Notes: generated by a model not told the origin, from the sequence alone. Positions 10,364 through 20,007 are shown, counted from the stretch's first letter. The stretch: DNA of 64,000 bases from Armatimonadota bacterium (GCA_029907255.1 JARYMF010000003.1:64061-128060), one strand, 5' to 3'. Translations and numbers: made by a program.

Positions 10364-10392
10364 TTGACACGTGATGAATATAGCGGTATATT
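10364..10392 (+). promoter_or_regulatory. Sigma70-like promoter TTGACA-17-TATATT upstream of the BlaI-family regulator
   Basis: TTGACA 10364-10369, a 17-nt spacer, TATATT 10387-10392. The start codon lies about 140 nt downstream. Confidence 0.45.
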
Positions 10393-10535
10393 AAGAAGAA
10401 AGCGTGATAAATCTTTGACTATTTTGCGAATTCGGTTGACGCGGACACTTTCTTGTGTTTTAATGTCTTAGTATCCATTCATTAAATACGGGAAAGCCCA
10501 GCAATAATTTTAGTAATAAATGAAGGAGGCGCACC

Positions 10536-10985
10536 ATGGATTCAAAGGACGGTGCCAGGGATTATGTAGGTATTCGCAAAGGACTTGGGGGAAAATCTCT
10601 TGGAGAATTGGAGGCCCAAATACTCGATATAATTTGGGACCTAGAGCCACCTGTTAGCACTACTCAGGTTTTTAAAATTATGTACCCCCGACGCGAGTTG
10701 TCTTACTCAACGATAATGCTTACCATGGCTAAGCTAGCCAGAAAAGGAATACTTAGCCAGGAAAAAACCGGAGATAAAAAAACCGATCCATTCATTTACA
10801 TCCCAAATATTACCCGCGAAGAAATGGGGCTAGTGCTACTTAATGAAGTATCCAAAAAGGTCTTACACAAACCACTGCATGAAGCAATTCCCATGTTGTG
10901 TGGGATGAAAGAAGGCGAGATTTCTGCAAAGGCACTTGAGAAACTTGGAGAGCGCATAAAGAACGTCGAAATAAAAGCTGAGTAG
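10536..10985 (+). CDS. BlaI/MecI/CopY-family winged-helix transcriptional repressor
   Basis: LGELEAQILDIIWDLEPPVSTTQVFKIM...STIMLTMAKLARKGIL...FIYIPNITREE matches the BlaI pattern L.ELE..VM.IIW....T..V...L......TI.T.L.RL..KG.L....GR...Y.P.I..E. Confidence 0.6.
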   Translation: MDSKDGARDYVGIRKGLGGKSLGELEAQILDIIWDLEPPVSTTQVFKIMYPRRELSYSTIMLTMAKLARKGILSQEKTGDKKTDPFIYIPNITREEMGLVLLNEVSKKVLHKPLHEAIPMLCGMKEGEISAKALEKLGERIKNVEIKAE

Positions 10986-11044
10986 TGGTCTAACATCCCA
11001 CCATTGTTTTGGTGAGGCATATACTTTTAATGTTTTTGGTCAGA

Positions 11045-11072
11045 AATGAGGCAGACGTAAGTCTGCCTCATT
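11045..11072. terminator. Perfect 12-bp stem-loop (AATGAGGCAGAC-GTAA-GTCTGCCTCATT), likely a terminator
   Basis: Perfect inverted repeat 60 nt after the regulator stop codon. It is followed by AATTTAAAA. Confidence 0.5.
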
Positions 11073-11150
11073 AATTTAAAAGGTGCAAGGTTAGCTTTTT
11101 CTTTCTAAATGTTATTAAAGCTTCTGAACAGCTAGCGGCCATAGCGACTA

Positions 11151-11183
11151 GTGTTTGCAAAAACACAATTTTGGTGATATTCT
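11151..11183 (+). promoter_or_regulatory. Promoter-like TTGCAA-17-(TGa)TATTCT with a perfect palindrome GTGTTT-GCAA-AAACAC over the -35
   Basis: Inverted repeat at 11151-11166 with 6-bp arms. -35 at 11155-11160 and -10 at 11178-11183. About 60 nt upstream of the small membrane peptide and mgtC. Confidence 0.35.
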
Positions 11184-11242
11184 CTAAGTCAAATCATATA
11201 AATAATCCATGGTGCTGGCAAAGCAATGGGGTGGAGCTTTGA

Positions 11243-11524
11243 ATGGACAGAAAAGGCAAAGTAATTGGAATGTTAGTTTTTATCTTGGGTATTGCACTCA
11301 CATTACTGGTATTTGGCATGGCTTTTGCGATGTTCACCTCAAAGACAGCTAGTATTGTCCTGCCAAGCGATGCTGGCGCAGTTAAACTTGGCAGCGCAGT
11401 TATTCAATTAATTTTCAAAATCGTATTACTTTTTATAATGACGATTGCGGGTTCAGTTATCGCTGGGAAAGGTATCCAGCTGTACCTTGGTGTATCTGGC
11501 GTCAAGCAAAAGAGTGAGGAATGA
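11243..11524 (+). CDS. Small two-helix membrane protein (93 aa)
   Basis: Two hydrophobic segments, LVFILGIALTLLVFGMAFAMF and IVLLFIMTIAGSVIAG. Its stop overlaps the mgtC start in the sequence ATGA. Confidence 0.45.
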   Translation: MDRKGKVIGMLVFILGIALTLLVFGMAFAMFTSKTASIVLPSDAGAVKLGSAVIQLIFKIVLLFIMTIAGSVIAGKGIQLYLGVSGVKQKSEE

Positions 11525-12174
11525 TGATGGACATAGGCTCAATGCTTGGAAAACTTGTCTTGGCGACAATTCTTGGAGGAATAGTCGGTTGGGAACGCGA
11601 AGTGCACGACCGACCTGCCGGTTTGCGTACCCACATGCTTGTGTGTTTGGGTTCGACACTCATAACTCTTGTTTCGATGTCTTTTGGTACAACCTCTGAC
11701 CCGAGCAGAATTGCCGCACAAATAGTAAGCGGAATTGGCTTTTTAGGAGCTGGCACAATTTTGCGACAAGGAAACGTAGTTCGTGGTCTAACAACAGCCG
11801 CAAGTTTATGGACTACTGCTGGCATTGGGTTGGCGGTTGCCGTAGGCAAGGGGTTGCTAATACTTGCTGTTTTAACAACTTTAATAGTTTTTCTGACTCT
11901 ATCGGTTTTGAGCAGGCTGGAATCAAGCATCGGGAAGAAAAATATACGTCAGCTTAGACTTGAGATACCGGCTCAGGAAACAAGTGTTCTCACAGAGACG
12001 CTCGAGAAGCTTGTGAGCATGGGTGTTGTTATTCGTTCGATATCTTCTCGAGAAGGTGCGGCCGGCATGAGGATAATTGATATGAGGGTTTGTGTGCCTC
12101 GAGATATAAAAGTGGAATCAATAAGCGAGATGCTATCAAGTTTGCCAAAGTTAACTAGATTCGAATGGACATAA
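11521..12174 (+). CDS. mgtC: MgtC/SapB-family membrane protein
   Basis: ILGGIVGWEREVHDRPAGLRTHMLVCLGSTL...AAQIVSGIGFLGAGTIL...TTAASLWTTAGIGLAVAVG are MgtC-family hallmarks. A C-terminal soluble domain follows. Confidence 0.85.
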   Translation: MMMDIGSMLGKLVLATILGGIVGWEREVHDRPAGLRTHMLVCLGSTLITLVSMSFGTTSDPSRIAAQIVSGIGFLGAGTILRQGNVVRGLTTAASLWTTAGIGLAVAVGKGLLILAVLTTLIVFLTLSVLSRLESSIGKKNIRQLRLEIPAQETSVLTETLEKLVSMGVVIRSISSREGAAGMRIIDMRVCVPRDIKVESISEMLSSLPKLTRFEWT

Positions 12175-12197
12175 TGCAGAAGGTTCATTAAAAAGGC

Positions 12198-12226
12198 TTG
12201 CAACAACCATAGATATGTGATATACT
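12198..12226 (+). promoter_or_regulatory. Strong sigma70-like promoter TTGCAA-17-(TGa)TATACT upstream of nusA
   Basis: -35 at 12198-12203, a 17-nt spacer, extended -10 TGATATACT at 12218-12226. Confidence 0.5.
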
Positions 12227-12255
12227 TTAATTGCGTAATGCCGAGGTGCTTAGTG

Positions 12256-12290
12256 AAAGAGTGGGTAGCACGCCCACTCTTTTATGTTGA
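12256..12290 (+). terminator. Terminator-shaped hairpin (AAAGAGTGGG-loop-CCCACTCTTT + TTATGTT) in the nusA leader
   Basis: 10-bp stem with a 7-nt loop, followed by a U-rich tract. It lies about 30 nt after the predicted transcription start and about 35 nt before the nusA start. The hairpin's distal end enters ORF-track 12284..13645, but nusA more likely starts at ATG 12323. Confidence 0.45.
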
Positions 12291-12322
12291 TGCATAAACC
12301 GGCGAATGAGAAAAGGTGCATT

Positions 12323-13645
12323 ATGAACGGTGATTTCATAGACGCGCTACGTGCAATTGAAAAAGAAAAAGAGATACCTTTCGAGGTACTCGTTGAGACA
12401 ATAGAATCGGCGCTCGTTACTGCTTACAAGAAGAATTTTGCCGCAACGGGCGATATTCGCGTGCGTGTGGAATTCAGCAAGGGCGGATTCAAAGTCTTTT
12501 GCGAGAAAACCGTTGTGGACAAAGTTAACAACCCTCACGCAGAGATATCACTTGCAGAGGCGCATACTTTAAATTCAAGCCTTAAGCTTGGAGATGTAAT
12601 TGAAGTAGAGGTAACGCCTAAAGATTTCGGACGAATCGCTGCGCAGACTGCAAAGCAAGTAGTTGTTCAGCGCATAAGGGAAGCGGAACGCGATAAAATT
12701 TTTGAAGAGTTTAGCGAGCGCATTGGCGAAGTTATGACCGGTACAGTTCAGCGCCATGAACAAAAAAACGTTTTCATTTCGCTGGGCAAAGTTGAAGCTC
12801 TCCTGCCGCCAAATGAACAAGTGCCAACCGAGCCATATAAATTCAACGACAGGATAAAGGTCTACATACTCGACGTTAGGAGGACTCCAAAAGGCCCACA
12901 GGTGATCGTATCTCGCACACATCCGAGCCTTATTCGGCGTCTTTTTGAGCTTGAAGTACCGGAAATTCATGATGGCGTGGTAACCATAAAATCGGTTGCC
13001 CGCGAACCGGGTGCAAGGTCAAAAATTGCTGTTGCTTCTAATGACGAGAAAGTTGACCCTGTTGGAGCATGTGTTGGCCACCGGGGCAGCCGTGTTCAGG
13101 CAATCGTTAACGAGCTGTACGACGAGAAGATTGATATTGTTAGATGGGATGAAAATCCTTCGAAGTTTATTGCAGAAGCGCTCAGCCCAGCAAAGGTTAT
13201 ATCTGTTGATGCAGATGAAGAAACAATGAGTGCATTTGTAATCGTTCCTGATAATCAACTATCGTTAGCGATTGGCAAGGCAGGCCAAAATGTTCGTTTA
13301 GCTGCACGTCTCACAGGATGGCGCATAGATATAAAAAGCGAATCCCAAGTGGCAAGAGCTGCTTTGACCGTTAAACTTCCTGAGGAAGGAAAACCTGGCG
13401 TCGAAGAAAGCTCAACCGAAGCCGGTGGAGTCGAAGAATACGTGTCTCCTGAGGAGGTAGAAGAAAAACTAATAACTGAAGAAGGCGAAGCTGCTGTTGA
13501 GGAAGAAGTTCAATTGGAGGAGGAAGAGCCTTCAGAAAAGGCAGTAGAAGCTGTTGCTGAAGCAATAGTTTATCAAGGTGAATCTGAGGTAGAGGACACT
13601 CCGCAAGAGCAAGAGCCAGAAGATAACGAAATGGCGTCTACCTAA
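12323..13645 (+). CDS. nusA: Transcription termination/antitermination factor NusA
   Basis: Start chosen at ATG 12323 with an AAAGGTG RBS; the track ORF begins at 12284. S1 and KH regions include VGACVGHRGSRVQAIVNEL and KIDIVRWDENPSKFIAEALSPAKV. The C-terminal tail is acidic and rich in Glu. Confidence 0.9.
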   Translation: MNGDFIDALRAIEKEKEIPFEVLVETIESALVTAYKKNFAATGDIRVRVEFSKGGFKVFCEKTVVDKVNNPHAEISLAEAHTLNSSLKLGDVIEVEVTPKDFGRIAAQTAKQVVVQRIREAERDKIFEEFSERIGEVMTGTVQRHEQKNVFISLGKVEALLPPNEQVPTEPYKFNDRIKVYILDVRRTPKGPQVIVSRTHPSLIRRLFELEVPEIHDGVVTIKSVAREPGARSKIAVASNDEKVDPVGACVGHRGSRVQAIVNELYDEKIDIVRWDENPSKFIAEALSPAKVISVDADEETMSAFVIVPDNQLSLAIGKAGQNVRLAARLTGWRIDIKSESQVARAALTVKLPEEGKPGVEESSTEAGGVEEYVSPEEVEEKLITEEGEAAVEEEVQLEEEEPSEKAVEAVAEAIVYQGESEVEDTPQEQEPEDNEMAST

Positions 13646-13647
13646 AA

Positions 13648-13926
13648 ATGAGACAACGCAAGATACCTATAAGGACCTGCGTGGCATGTAGAACAAGCGG
13701 TGAGAAGAAATCACTCATTAGGATAGTTAGAACTTCCGAAGGGCGAGTTGTCATAGATGCCACTGGTAAGTTGCCAGGAAGAGGAGCTTATGTCTGTCCG
13801 TCTGTCAATTGCTTGAATAAAGCAATAAAGGAAAAGCGTTTATCTCGGGCGTTGCGCATCGAAGTCCCTGAGGAAGTTATACAGGAAGCAAAACAAATCG
13901 TGAGTCAAGGGTCGGAAGAGATGTAG
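13648..13926 (+). CDS. YlxR/DUF448-family RNA-binding protein
   Basis: IRTCVACRTSGEKKSLIRIV...GRGAYVCPS..C match the conserved YlxR motifs. The gene lies between nusA and infB, as in many bacteria. Confidence 0.8.
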   Translation: MRQRKIPIRTCVACRTSGEKKSLIRIVRTSEGRVVIDATGKLPGRGAYVCPSVNCLNKAIKEKRLSRALRIEVPEEVIQEAKQIVSQGSEEM

Positions 13927-14000
13927 AAGAAATCGCTGAGATTCTGCAAAAGCGCCAGCTGCCTGACCCTGTCCTGGTTAATGGAAGAGGTGACAGATAA

Positions 14001-16109
14001 GTGTCTAGTGTACGCATTTATGAATTGGCAAAGGAGCTGGGCATCAGTAATCGAGAACTGATAGCCGCATTGGCGGATCTCGGCATAGAAGTCAAAAGCC
14101 ATTCAAGTACAATTGATGAGCAAAGTGCAGACCTAGTAACTGAAAGAATAAAAAAAGAGCAGAAAGCTCAGAAAACACAAGAGAAAACCGCGGCAAAAGA
14201 GCATATTGAGACACGGAAAACCGAAGACATAAAGAAAACAGAGCCTGCCACAAAGAAACATGAAGAAAAGAAACCCGTGCCTCCAAAAGGCAAAGTAGAA
14301 CTTCCTCAGCAAGCAACTGTCAGGCAGCTTGCTGAATTGCTAAAAGTACAGACTGCAGATATTCAAAAGGCATTGGTAAAGCAGGGGGCACTTGTTGCAG
14401 TTAATCAAGTTGTTCCTCCTGAATTGGCAAAAAAAGTAGTGGAAAACCTTGGCTTCGAAGTAGTACTTCCACCTCCACCGCCGCCAAAACAAGAAGTTCC
14501 ATCGCCAAGTAAGCCAAGCGAAGCAAAGCCTGTAACAGCACCGCCAAAGCTGGTTACTCCTCCCACAAAAACCGAGCCTGAAAAGCCTTCAAAGCCTTTG
14601 AATCTTGTTCCTCGGCCCCCGATAGTAACAATTCTAGGCCACGTTGACCATGGTAAAACCACTCTGCTCGATGCAATTCGGCAGACGAATGTAACTGACC
14701 AAGAGTTTGGGGGAATTACTCAACACATAGGCGCATATCAGGTTGAAGTAGATGGTAAGAAAATCACCTTTCTAGATACACCTGGCCATGAAGCTTTCAC
14801 TGCCATGCGAGCAAGAGGTGCTCAGGTAACCGACCTTGCGGTTCTTGTTGTGGCGGCCGACGATGGGGTAATGCCTCAAACAATTGAAGCAATTGACCAT
14901 GCTCGTGCGGCCGGCGTGCCAATACTGGTTGCTATAAATAAAATTGACAAACCGGAAGCAAATATTGACAGAACCAGGCAACAATTGGCAGAGCATGGTT
15001 TGGTGGTTGAGGAATGGGGCGGCGACACAGTAGCAGTCCAAATATCTGCCAAAGAAAAACAAGGGTTGGATGAACTTCTTGAGATGATTATCCTTGTAAG
15101 CGAACTGCAGGAGCTCAAGGCTGACCCAAACGGCCCATTAGATGCCACCGTTATCGAAGCAAAACTTGACCGTGGCAGAGGTCCTGTTGCTACCGTGCTT
15201 GTTAAAAGCGGTACCCTTAAAGTTGGAGATTCGATTGTTGTTGGAGAATCGTATGGCAAAATAAAGCTTATGTTAGATGACCGCGGCCATCGAATCTCAA
15301 AAGCAGGTCCATCTACCCCTGTTGAAATAGCGGGCTTATCTTCAGTTCCAGAGGCTGGAGACAAAGTTGAAGTAGTTAAAGATGAAAAAGAAGCAAGGCA
15401 AATTGCTGAAAGCCGAATAGAGGAGCAACGAGAAGCAAAGCTGGCGGCAACTCAGCGTGTTACGCTTGCTGACTTATATCGCCAACTACGCGAAGGCGTG
15501 GTTAAAGAGTTAAATGTAATTCTTAAAGGTGACGTACAAGGTTCGGTTGAAGCAATTTCACAATCGCTAAACAAACTTTCTACTGAGGATGTGCGATTGA
15601 ATATTATACACACTGGCGTAGGCAACGTTACCGAATCTGACGTCCTGCTTGCGTCAGCCTCCAATGCAGTTATAATCGGTTTTAATGTAAAGATTGACCC
15701 ACAAGCAAAGCGCATGGCCGAATCTGAAGGAATCGATGTTCGACTTTACCGCGTAATATACGAGCTACTAGATGATGTAAAAAGTGCCATGCAAGGGCTC
15801 CTCGAACCTATTAAAAAGGAGATAATCATAGGTCATGCTGAGGTGCGTGCCACATTTAAGCTTCCACGTGGCGTTGTTGCCGGATGCTATGTAACAGATG
15901 GCAAAATGGAACGAGGCGCCGAAGCACGTATTCTTCGCAATGGAAAAACGTTGCATACAGGCAGAATTGCATCTTTGAGGCATCTTAAAGAAGACGTGCG
16001 TGAGATGGCTGCCGGTTTTGAATGCGGAATAATAGTTGACGGATTCAGCGAATACGAAATTGGTGACGTTGTAGAGGCTTATACCATACAAGAGGTTACT
16101 CCTGGTTAG
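14001..16109 (+). CDS. infB: Translation initiation factor IF-2
   Basis: GTG start. GTPase motifs [17 protein letters not shown] and NKID. A C-terminal beta-barrel domain. A Pro/Lys-rich low-complexity N-terminal linker. Confidence 0.95.
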   Translation: MSSVRIYELAKELGISNRELIAALADLGIEVKSHSSTIDEQSADLVTERIKKEQKAQKTQEKTAAKEHIETRKTEDIKKTEPATKKHEEKKPVPPKGKVELPQQATVRQLAELLKVQTADIQKALVKQGALVAVNQVVPPELAKKVVENLGFEVVLPPPPPPKQEVPSPSKPSEAKPVTAPPKLVTPPTKTEPEKPSKPLNLVPRPPIVTILGHVDHGKTTLLDAIRQTNVTDQEFGGITQHIGAYQVEVDGKKITFLDTPGHEAFTAMRARGAQVTDLAVLVVAADDGVMPQTIEAIDHARAAGVPILVAINKIDKPEANIDRTRQQLAEHGLVVEEWGGDTVAVQISAKEKQGLDELLEMIILVSELQELKADPNGPLDATVIEAKLDRGRGPVATVLVKSGTLKVGDSIVVGESYGKIKLMLDDRGHRISKAGPSTPVEIAGLSSVPEAGDKVEVVKDEKEARQIAESRIEEQREAKLAATQRVTLADLYRQLREGVVKELNVILKGDVQGSVEAISQSLNKLSTEDVRLNIIHTGVGNVTESDVLLASASNAVIIGFNVKIDPQAKRMAESEGIDVRLYRVIYELLDDVKSAMQGLLEPIKKEIIIGHAEVRATFKLPRGVVAGCYVTDGKMERGAEARILRNGKTLHTGRIASLRHLKEDVREMAAGFECGIIVDGFSEYEIGDVVEAYTIQEVTPG

Positions 16110-16154
16110 CAATATAACCATAAGGCAATTCTTTTTAAATCGAAGTGATAGACT

Positions 16155-16436
16155 ATGATAGTTGGAATACTTACAATAGACCTTTTGGTAGTAGGAAGCA
16201 ATTCGTTGAAAGAAAAACGTCACGTAGTAAGAAGCCTGCTTGACAATATTAGAAACAAATTCAACGTGTCAGCGGCGGAACTTGATAGTCTCGACTCCAG
16301 ACGACGTGCAGTCATAGGCGTTGCATGCATTAGCAACGATAGGGCTATTGCTAACACCATGTTAAATAAGGCGCTGGGCTTAGTTGAAAGCGATCCCAGA
16401 GCAGCAATCGAAAGATCACATCTCGAGTTCCTATAA
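16155..16436 (+). CDS. DUF503 (YlxP-like) protein
   Basis: MIVGILTIDLLVVGSNSLKEKRHVVRSLLD... Conserved infB-rbfA intergenic position. Confidence 0.7.
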   Translation: MIVGILTIDLLVVGSNSLKEKRHVVRSLLDNIRNKFNVSAAELDSLDSRRRAVIGVACISNDRAIANTMLNKALGLVESDPRAAIERSHLEFL

Positions 16437-16449
16437 GGGGTTAAAACCA

Positions 16450-16815
16450 ATGCCCGATAGGCTTGAGCGTGTAAAGGAGCTCCTTAAGAGCGAAATAAGC
16501 GAGATAATCAGGCGGGAAATAAAAGATCCTCGGCTTGGTTTTGTAACAATTACCGATGCAGAGGTCTCAAAAGATCTTCGGCATGCCAAAATATTTATTA
16601 GCGTTTTAGGCGATGAACAGAAAAAACAAGAGACGCTAAACGTTCTTCAATCAGCCGCTGGTTTTATTCGGGGCGAGTTTGGCAGACACGCCAGGATGAA
16701 AATAATACCCGAAATTACATTCAAGCTGGATACAACAGTTGAGCGTGGCGCGCGCATATTTGAACTGCTGGAACAGGTGAAACGGGATGAAGAGCAACCT
16801 CCAAGCGGTAACTGA
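16450..16815 (+). CDS. rbfA: Ribosome-binding factor A
   Basis: RLERVKELLKSEISEIIRREIKDPRLGFVTITDAEVSKDLRHAKIFISVLG is the RbfA signature. Start set at ATG 16450; the track ORF begins at 16384 and overlaps DUF503. Confidence 0.85.
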   Translation: MPDRLERVKELLKSEISEIIRREIKDPRLGFVTITDAEVSKDLRHAKIFISVLGDEQKKQETLNVLQSAAGFIRGEFGRHARMKIIPEITFKLDTTVERGARIFELLEQVKRDEEQPPSGN

Positions 16816-17755
16816 GATTCTTAAAAGTAAGAAGAGTTTCCTGATAGGCGGTCATGTCAGCCCCGATGGAGATTCATTGGGATGTATGTGCGCTCTGGGA
16901 ATAGCCCTTGAACGGATGGAAAAAAAAGTCGTACTTCTTAGCGCAGACGGTGTCCCAGAACTCTATAGTTTCCTTCCGATAAGCAACAAAGTCATTAAAA
17001 CGGCGCCGGTACGTTCATGTTTTGAAGTTGGAATAGTAATTGATTGCGAGGACATAAGCAGGCTTGGACAAGTTGAGGAAGCTTTTCGCTCATGTGAAAC
17101 TATTATAGAAATAGACCACCATCCAAACCTAGACCGAAATGGAAATCTTCAATTAATCTGGCCTTCAGCAGCCGCCGCAGGAGAAATCGTTTTTGAACTT
17201 CTTAAAAATATGGAAGTTCGGATTGACGCAGATATTGCAACCTGCCTTTTGACGGCAATCATGACTGATACCGGATCATTTAGGTTCAGTAATGTAACAC
17301 CGCAAACCTTTCGAATTAGTGCGGAGCTTTTAGAAAAGGGTGCTTCGCCAAGCAAAATTGCCCATAATGTATATGAAAACCGGTCGCTATCGAGCACAAA
17401 ACTTCTTGGAGCGGTGTTATCTTCACTGCAGACTACAGATTCAGGCCGTATCGCTTGGGCTTCAATCACACAAGAACAGCTTGCCACAATCCAAGCCTCA
17501 GAGGCGGAGACGGAGGGCGTTGTCAACTACATACGTTCAATACGCGGTGCTCAGGTTGGCGTCCTATTTCGTGAGTGCCCAGATGGCTCAACACGCGTAA
17601 GCTTGCGATCTCGTGACGGTTCCGACATAAGTCAGGTTGCCAGACTGTTCGGCGGTGGCGGACATAGAACCGCCGCTGGTTGTACTATCAACCATCCACT
17701 TGCTCATACACAGGAATTGGTGATAGACGCGGTTCGTAAATGGATGGGGTCTTAA
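16787..17755 (+). CDS. nrnA: DHH/DHHA1 phosphoesterase NrnA (oligoribonuclease / pAp phosphatase)
   Basis: GHVSPDGDSLG (DHH motif I), IIEIDHHPN (DHH), and a C-terminal GGGGHRTAAG (DHHA1 GGGH). Confidence 0.8.
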   Translation: MKSNLQAVTEILKSKKSFLIGGHVSPDGDSLGCMCALGIALERMEKKVVLLSADGVPELYSFLPISNKVIKTAPVRSCFEVGIVIDCEDISRLGQVEEAFRSCETIIEIDHHPNLDRNGNLQLIWPSAAAAGEIVFELLKNMEVRIDADIATCLLTAIMTDTGSFRFSNVTPQTFRISAELLEKGASPSKIAHNVYENRSLSSTKLLGAVLSSLQTTDSGRIAWASITQEQLATIQASEAETEGVVNYIRSIRGAQVGVLFRECPDGSTRVSLRSRDGSDISQVARLFGGGGHRTAAGCTINHPLAHTQELVIDAVRKWMGS

Positions 17756-18654
17756 ATATAAACAAGCCTCAGGGTCCAACTTCACACGACGTTGTTGCAC
17801 TAGTGAGGAGCATTTCAGGAGAAAAGCGAGTTGGTCATGCAGGCACGCTCGACCCAATGGCGTCGGGCGTGCTTCTTGTTTGTTTGGGAAACGCAGTAAG
17901 AATAATCGAGTACCTGGTAAATTTAAAAAAGGTCTATCGTGCCACTGCGGTCTTCGGGGCAGTTACAGACACGGAAGATGCCACGGGAAAGATAATAGAG
18001 GAATCGGATGCTTCATACGTAACTGAGGCAATGCTCCGCAGCACTCTTGAAAAGTTCACCGGAAAAATATTGCAAACTCCTCCAATGATTTCAGCAGTTC
18101 GATATAAAGGTCGAAAACTTTATGAGCTTGCGCGTGCCGGCAAGATTTTAGAAAGAAACCCGAGAATTGTTGAAATCTATTCATTGAAGTTAGTAGAGTT
18201 TCAACCAGGCAGAAAAGCTGAAGCAGTACTTGAAATAGAATGTTCAAAAGGAACCTATATACGGACACTTTGTGCGGATATCGGTCGTGAGCTTAGCTGT
18301 GGTGGGTACATGAAGTCTTTAATCCGCACCGCAATCGGGCATTTTAAAATTCAAGATAGTATTTCTCCTTCGGTTGTAGAAGAACTTGCAAGCGAAAGCA
18401 GACTTGGGGAAGTACTGTTTTCAATTGACGAAGCTTTGGCTGACATGCCTTCAGTAATAGTAAATGCTGAGGACGTTAACAGAATAGCTAATGGCGCGGT
18501 TGTATATTTAGAAAGACCAGTCGCAAATATATGCGAAGGCAATAATGTGAAAATAAAATCACCAGAAGGTTGCGTTATTGCAATTGGAACTGCGTCATGG
18601 TTGTCAGATGGAAAAATGCAAATAAAGCCCCTAAAAGTGTTTATTAAAAAGTAA
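17740..18654 (+). CDS. truB: tRNA pseudouridine(55) synthase TruB
   Basis: GVLNINKPQGPTSHDVVALVR...GHAGTLDPMASGVLLVCLG carries the catalytic Asp motif. A PUA-like C-terminus. Confidence 0.9.
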   Translation: MDGVLNINKPQGPTSHDVVALVRSISGEKRVGHAGTLDPMASGVLLVCLGNAVRIIEYLVNLKKVYRATAVFGAVTDTEDATGKIIEESDASYVTEAMLRSTLEKFTGKILQTPPMISAVRYKGRKLYELARAGKILERNPRIVEIYSLKLVEFQPGRKAEAVLEIECSKGTYIRTLCADIGRELSCGGYMKSLIRTAIGHFKIQDSISPSVVEELASESRLGEVLFSIDEALADMPSVIVNAEDVNRIANGAVVYLERPVANICEGNNVKIKSPEGCVIAIGTASWLSDGKMQIKPLKVFIKK

Positions 18655-18738
18655 GCTGGCGTTAAGTTGTTGGACGGAAAGTCGCCGTTGTTGCGCCAGC
18701 TGAAGTTTGATGAGCATCTTTTATTTCTTCTTTTAGTT

Positions 18739-19800
18739 TTACCACATATGCATGTCGAATGGGTCGCAATTAAGAGTCGGCGGAGTTTGTGTTGGATCGA
18801 GCGACCCCACTACGGTGAAGAAGCAATTTGGTATGGCGGCATGACCGGGTGAATATATTTTAACAGGCATGCCTGATCCGTCGTCGATAAAGAATTGATT
18901 ATTATCAAAACCATCTTCTTGCACAACGCCCCACACCATAAATCTGTATCTTTGGCTTCCCTGATATGCGGCGGAGTTATAGATTCCGCGATTAGTAATA
19001 CCGCAAACTGGCGGTGGAGGTCCTAATCGTTCAAAATCAAAGACTGTCTCGACGCCTTTGACGCCAATTACAAGCTTGTCGACATAAGCATCTATGCCAC
19101 AAGATTCCCACCACCATGCACCGTATCTGCTGTCAATAGCTTTTCCTGCACCAATTTTAACGCTTAAACCTGTACCAGTGAGATTGCCAGTTGGGTAATC
19201 ACCTACGGGGGGTACAACTATTCTCATAGGACTGGTTTCATTTCCATACCTGTTTATAAGCCAATCCCAGTTACCAAAATAGTTTGGGCTTGACGTATAT
19301 ATAAGCTCCCAATAACCTGTTGGCGACATTAGGTCCCATTCTTGCCATGTATTAAATTGAACATTTTGGTCGCCATTTCTCCCCCATGGGTAGAAGACAA
19401 AGCGTCTTTGCTGGGTAGTCGTACCACTGTCTGTTATAAGCTCTACCATTGGTGGCTGACCTCTGTTGTAGAGTCTTGATGAGACAAATGTCCATATCTT
19501 AAAGCTTGTTATTTCCTTAAGACTTACTCCCATAAAATCATTGGTTCCAATATAAACTTTGGAAAGGGGGTCGGAATCGCTGTAGAACGTTTGCATATGA
19601 AGAGACGAACTACCTGAAGGTGCTACTCCTGGCCCATCTACGAAATTGCATATTGGCGAAGTGTTTGCAGTTCCTTTTTGAATAGCAATTTTCCAACCGT
19701 TCATTGAATTGGGAGAAACCACGATTGTTTTTGCCTGGGCGGTAATGCTAATAGCTAAAATAGCAATTAATGTGATTGCAGCAAATCGAACAGAGCGCAT
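18739..19800 (-). CDS. Secreted hypothetical protein (signal peptide)
   Basis: An internal Met at 19800 has a GGGGGT RBS and a classic signal peptide, MRSVRFAAITLIAILAISITAQA. The product is rich in Trp, Tyr and Gly with no known motif. Convergent with truB. Confidence 0.5.
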   Translation of the reverse strand: MRSVRFAAITLIAILAISITAQAKTIVVSPNSMNGWKIAIQKGTANTSPICNFVDGPGVAPSGSSSLHMQTFYSDSDPLSKVYIGTNDFMGVSLKEITSFKIWTFVSSRLYNRGQPPMVELITDSGTTTQQRRFVFYPWGRNGDQNVQFNTWQEWDLMSPTGYWELIYTSSPNYFGNWDWLINRYGNETSPMRIVVPPVGDYPTGNLTGTGLSVKIGAGKAIDSRYGAWWWESCGIDAYVDKLVIGVKGVETVFDFERLGPPPPVCGITNRGIYNSAAYQGSQRYRFMVWGVVQEDGFDNNQFFIDDGSGMPVKIYSPGHAAIPNCFFTVVGSLDPTQTPPTLNCDPFDMHMW

Positions 19801-20007
19801 TTCATACCCCCTAAAATGCAAATGGTGGAGGTGTTCTAAGTGTTGTTTACTGCTAAATACCCATTTTGTCAACCGGTCACACAATAAACAGGTACTTTTA
19901 CTAGATGCGCCATTATCAAAATTGCATTTTCCTCTTGCTTTTCATTAGTGAATAAGTTATCCTATCGTTAATATCTGAACTCAAATTAATCGGACTGGAG
20001 TGAAGCG

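Noticed and set aside
14876-15364. 162-aa minus-strand ORF inside infB
   Set aside because: Shadow ORF opposite the IF-2 GTPase domain, with no independent support.
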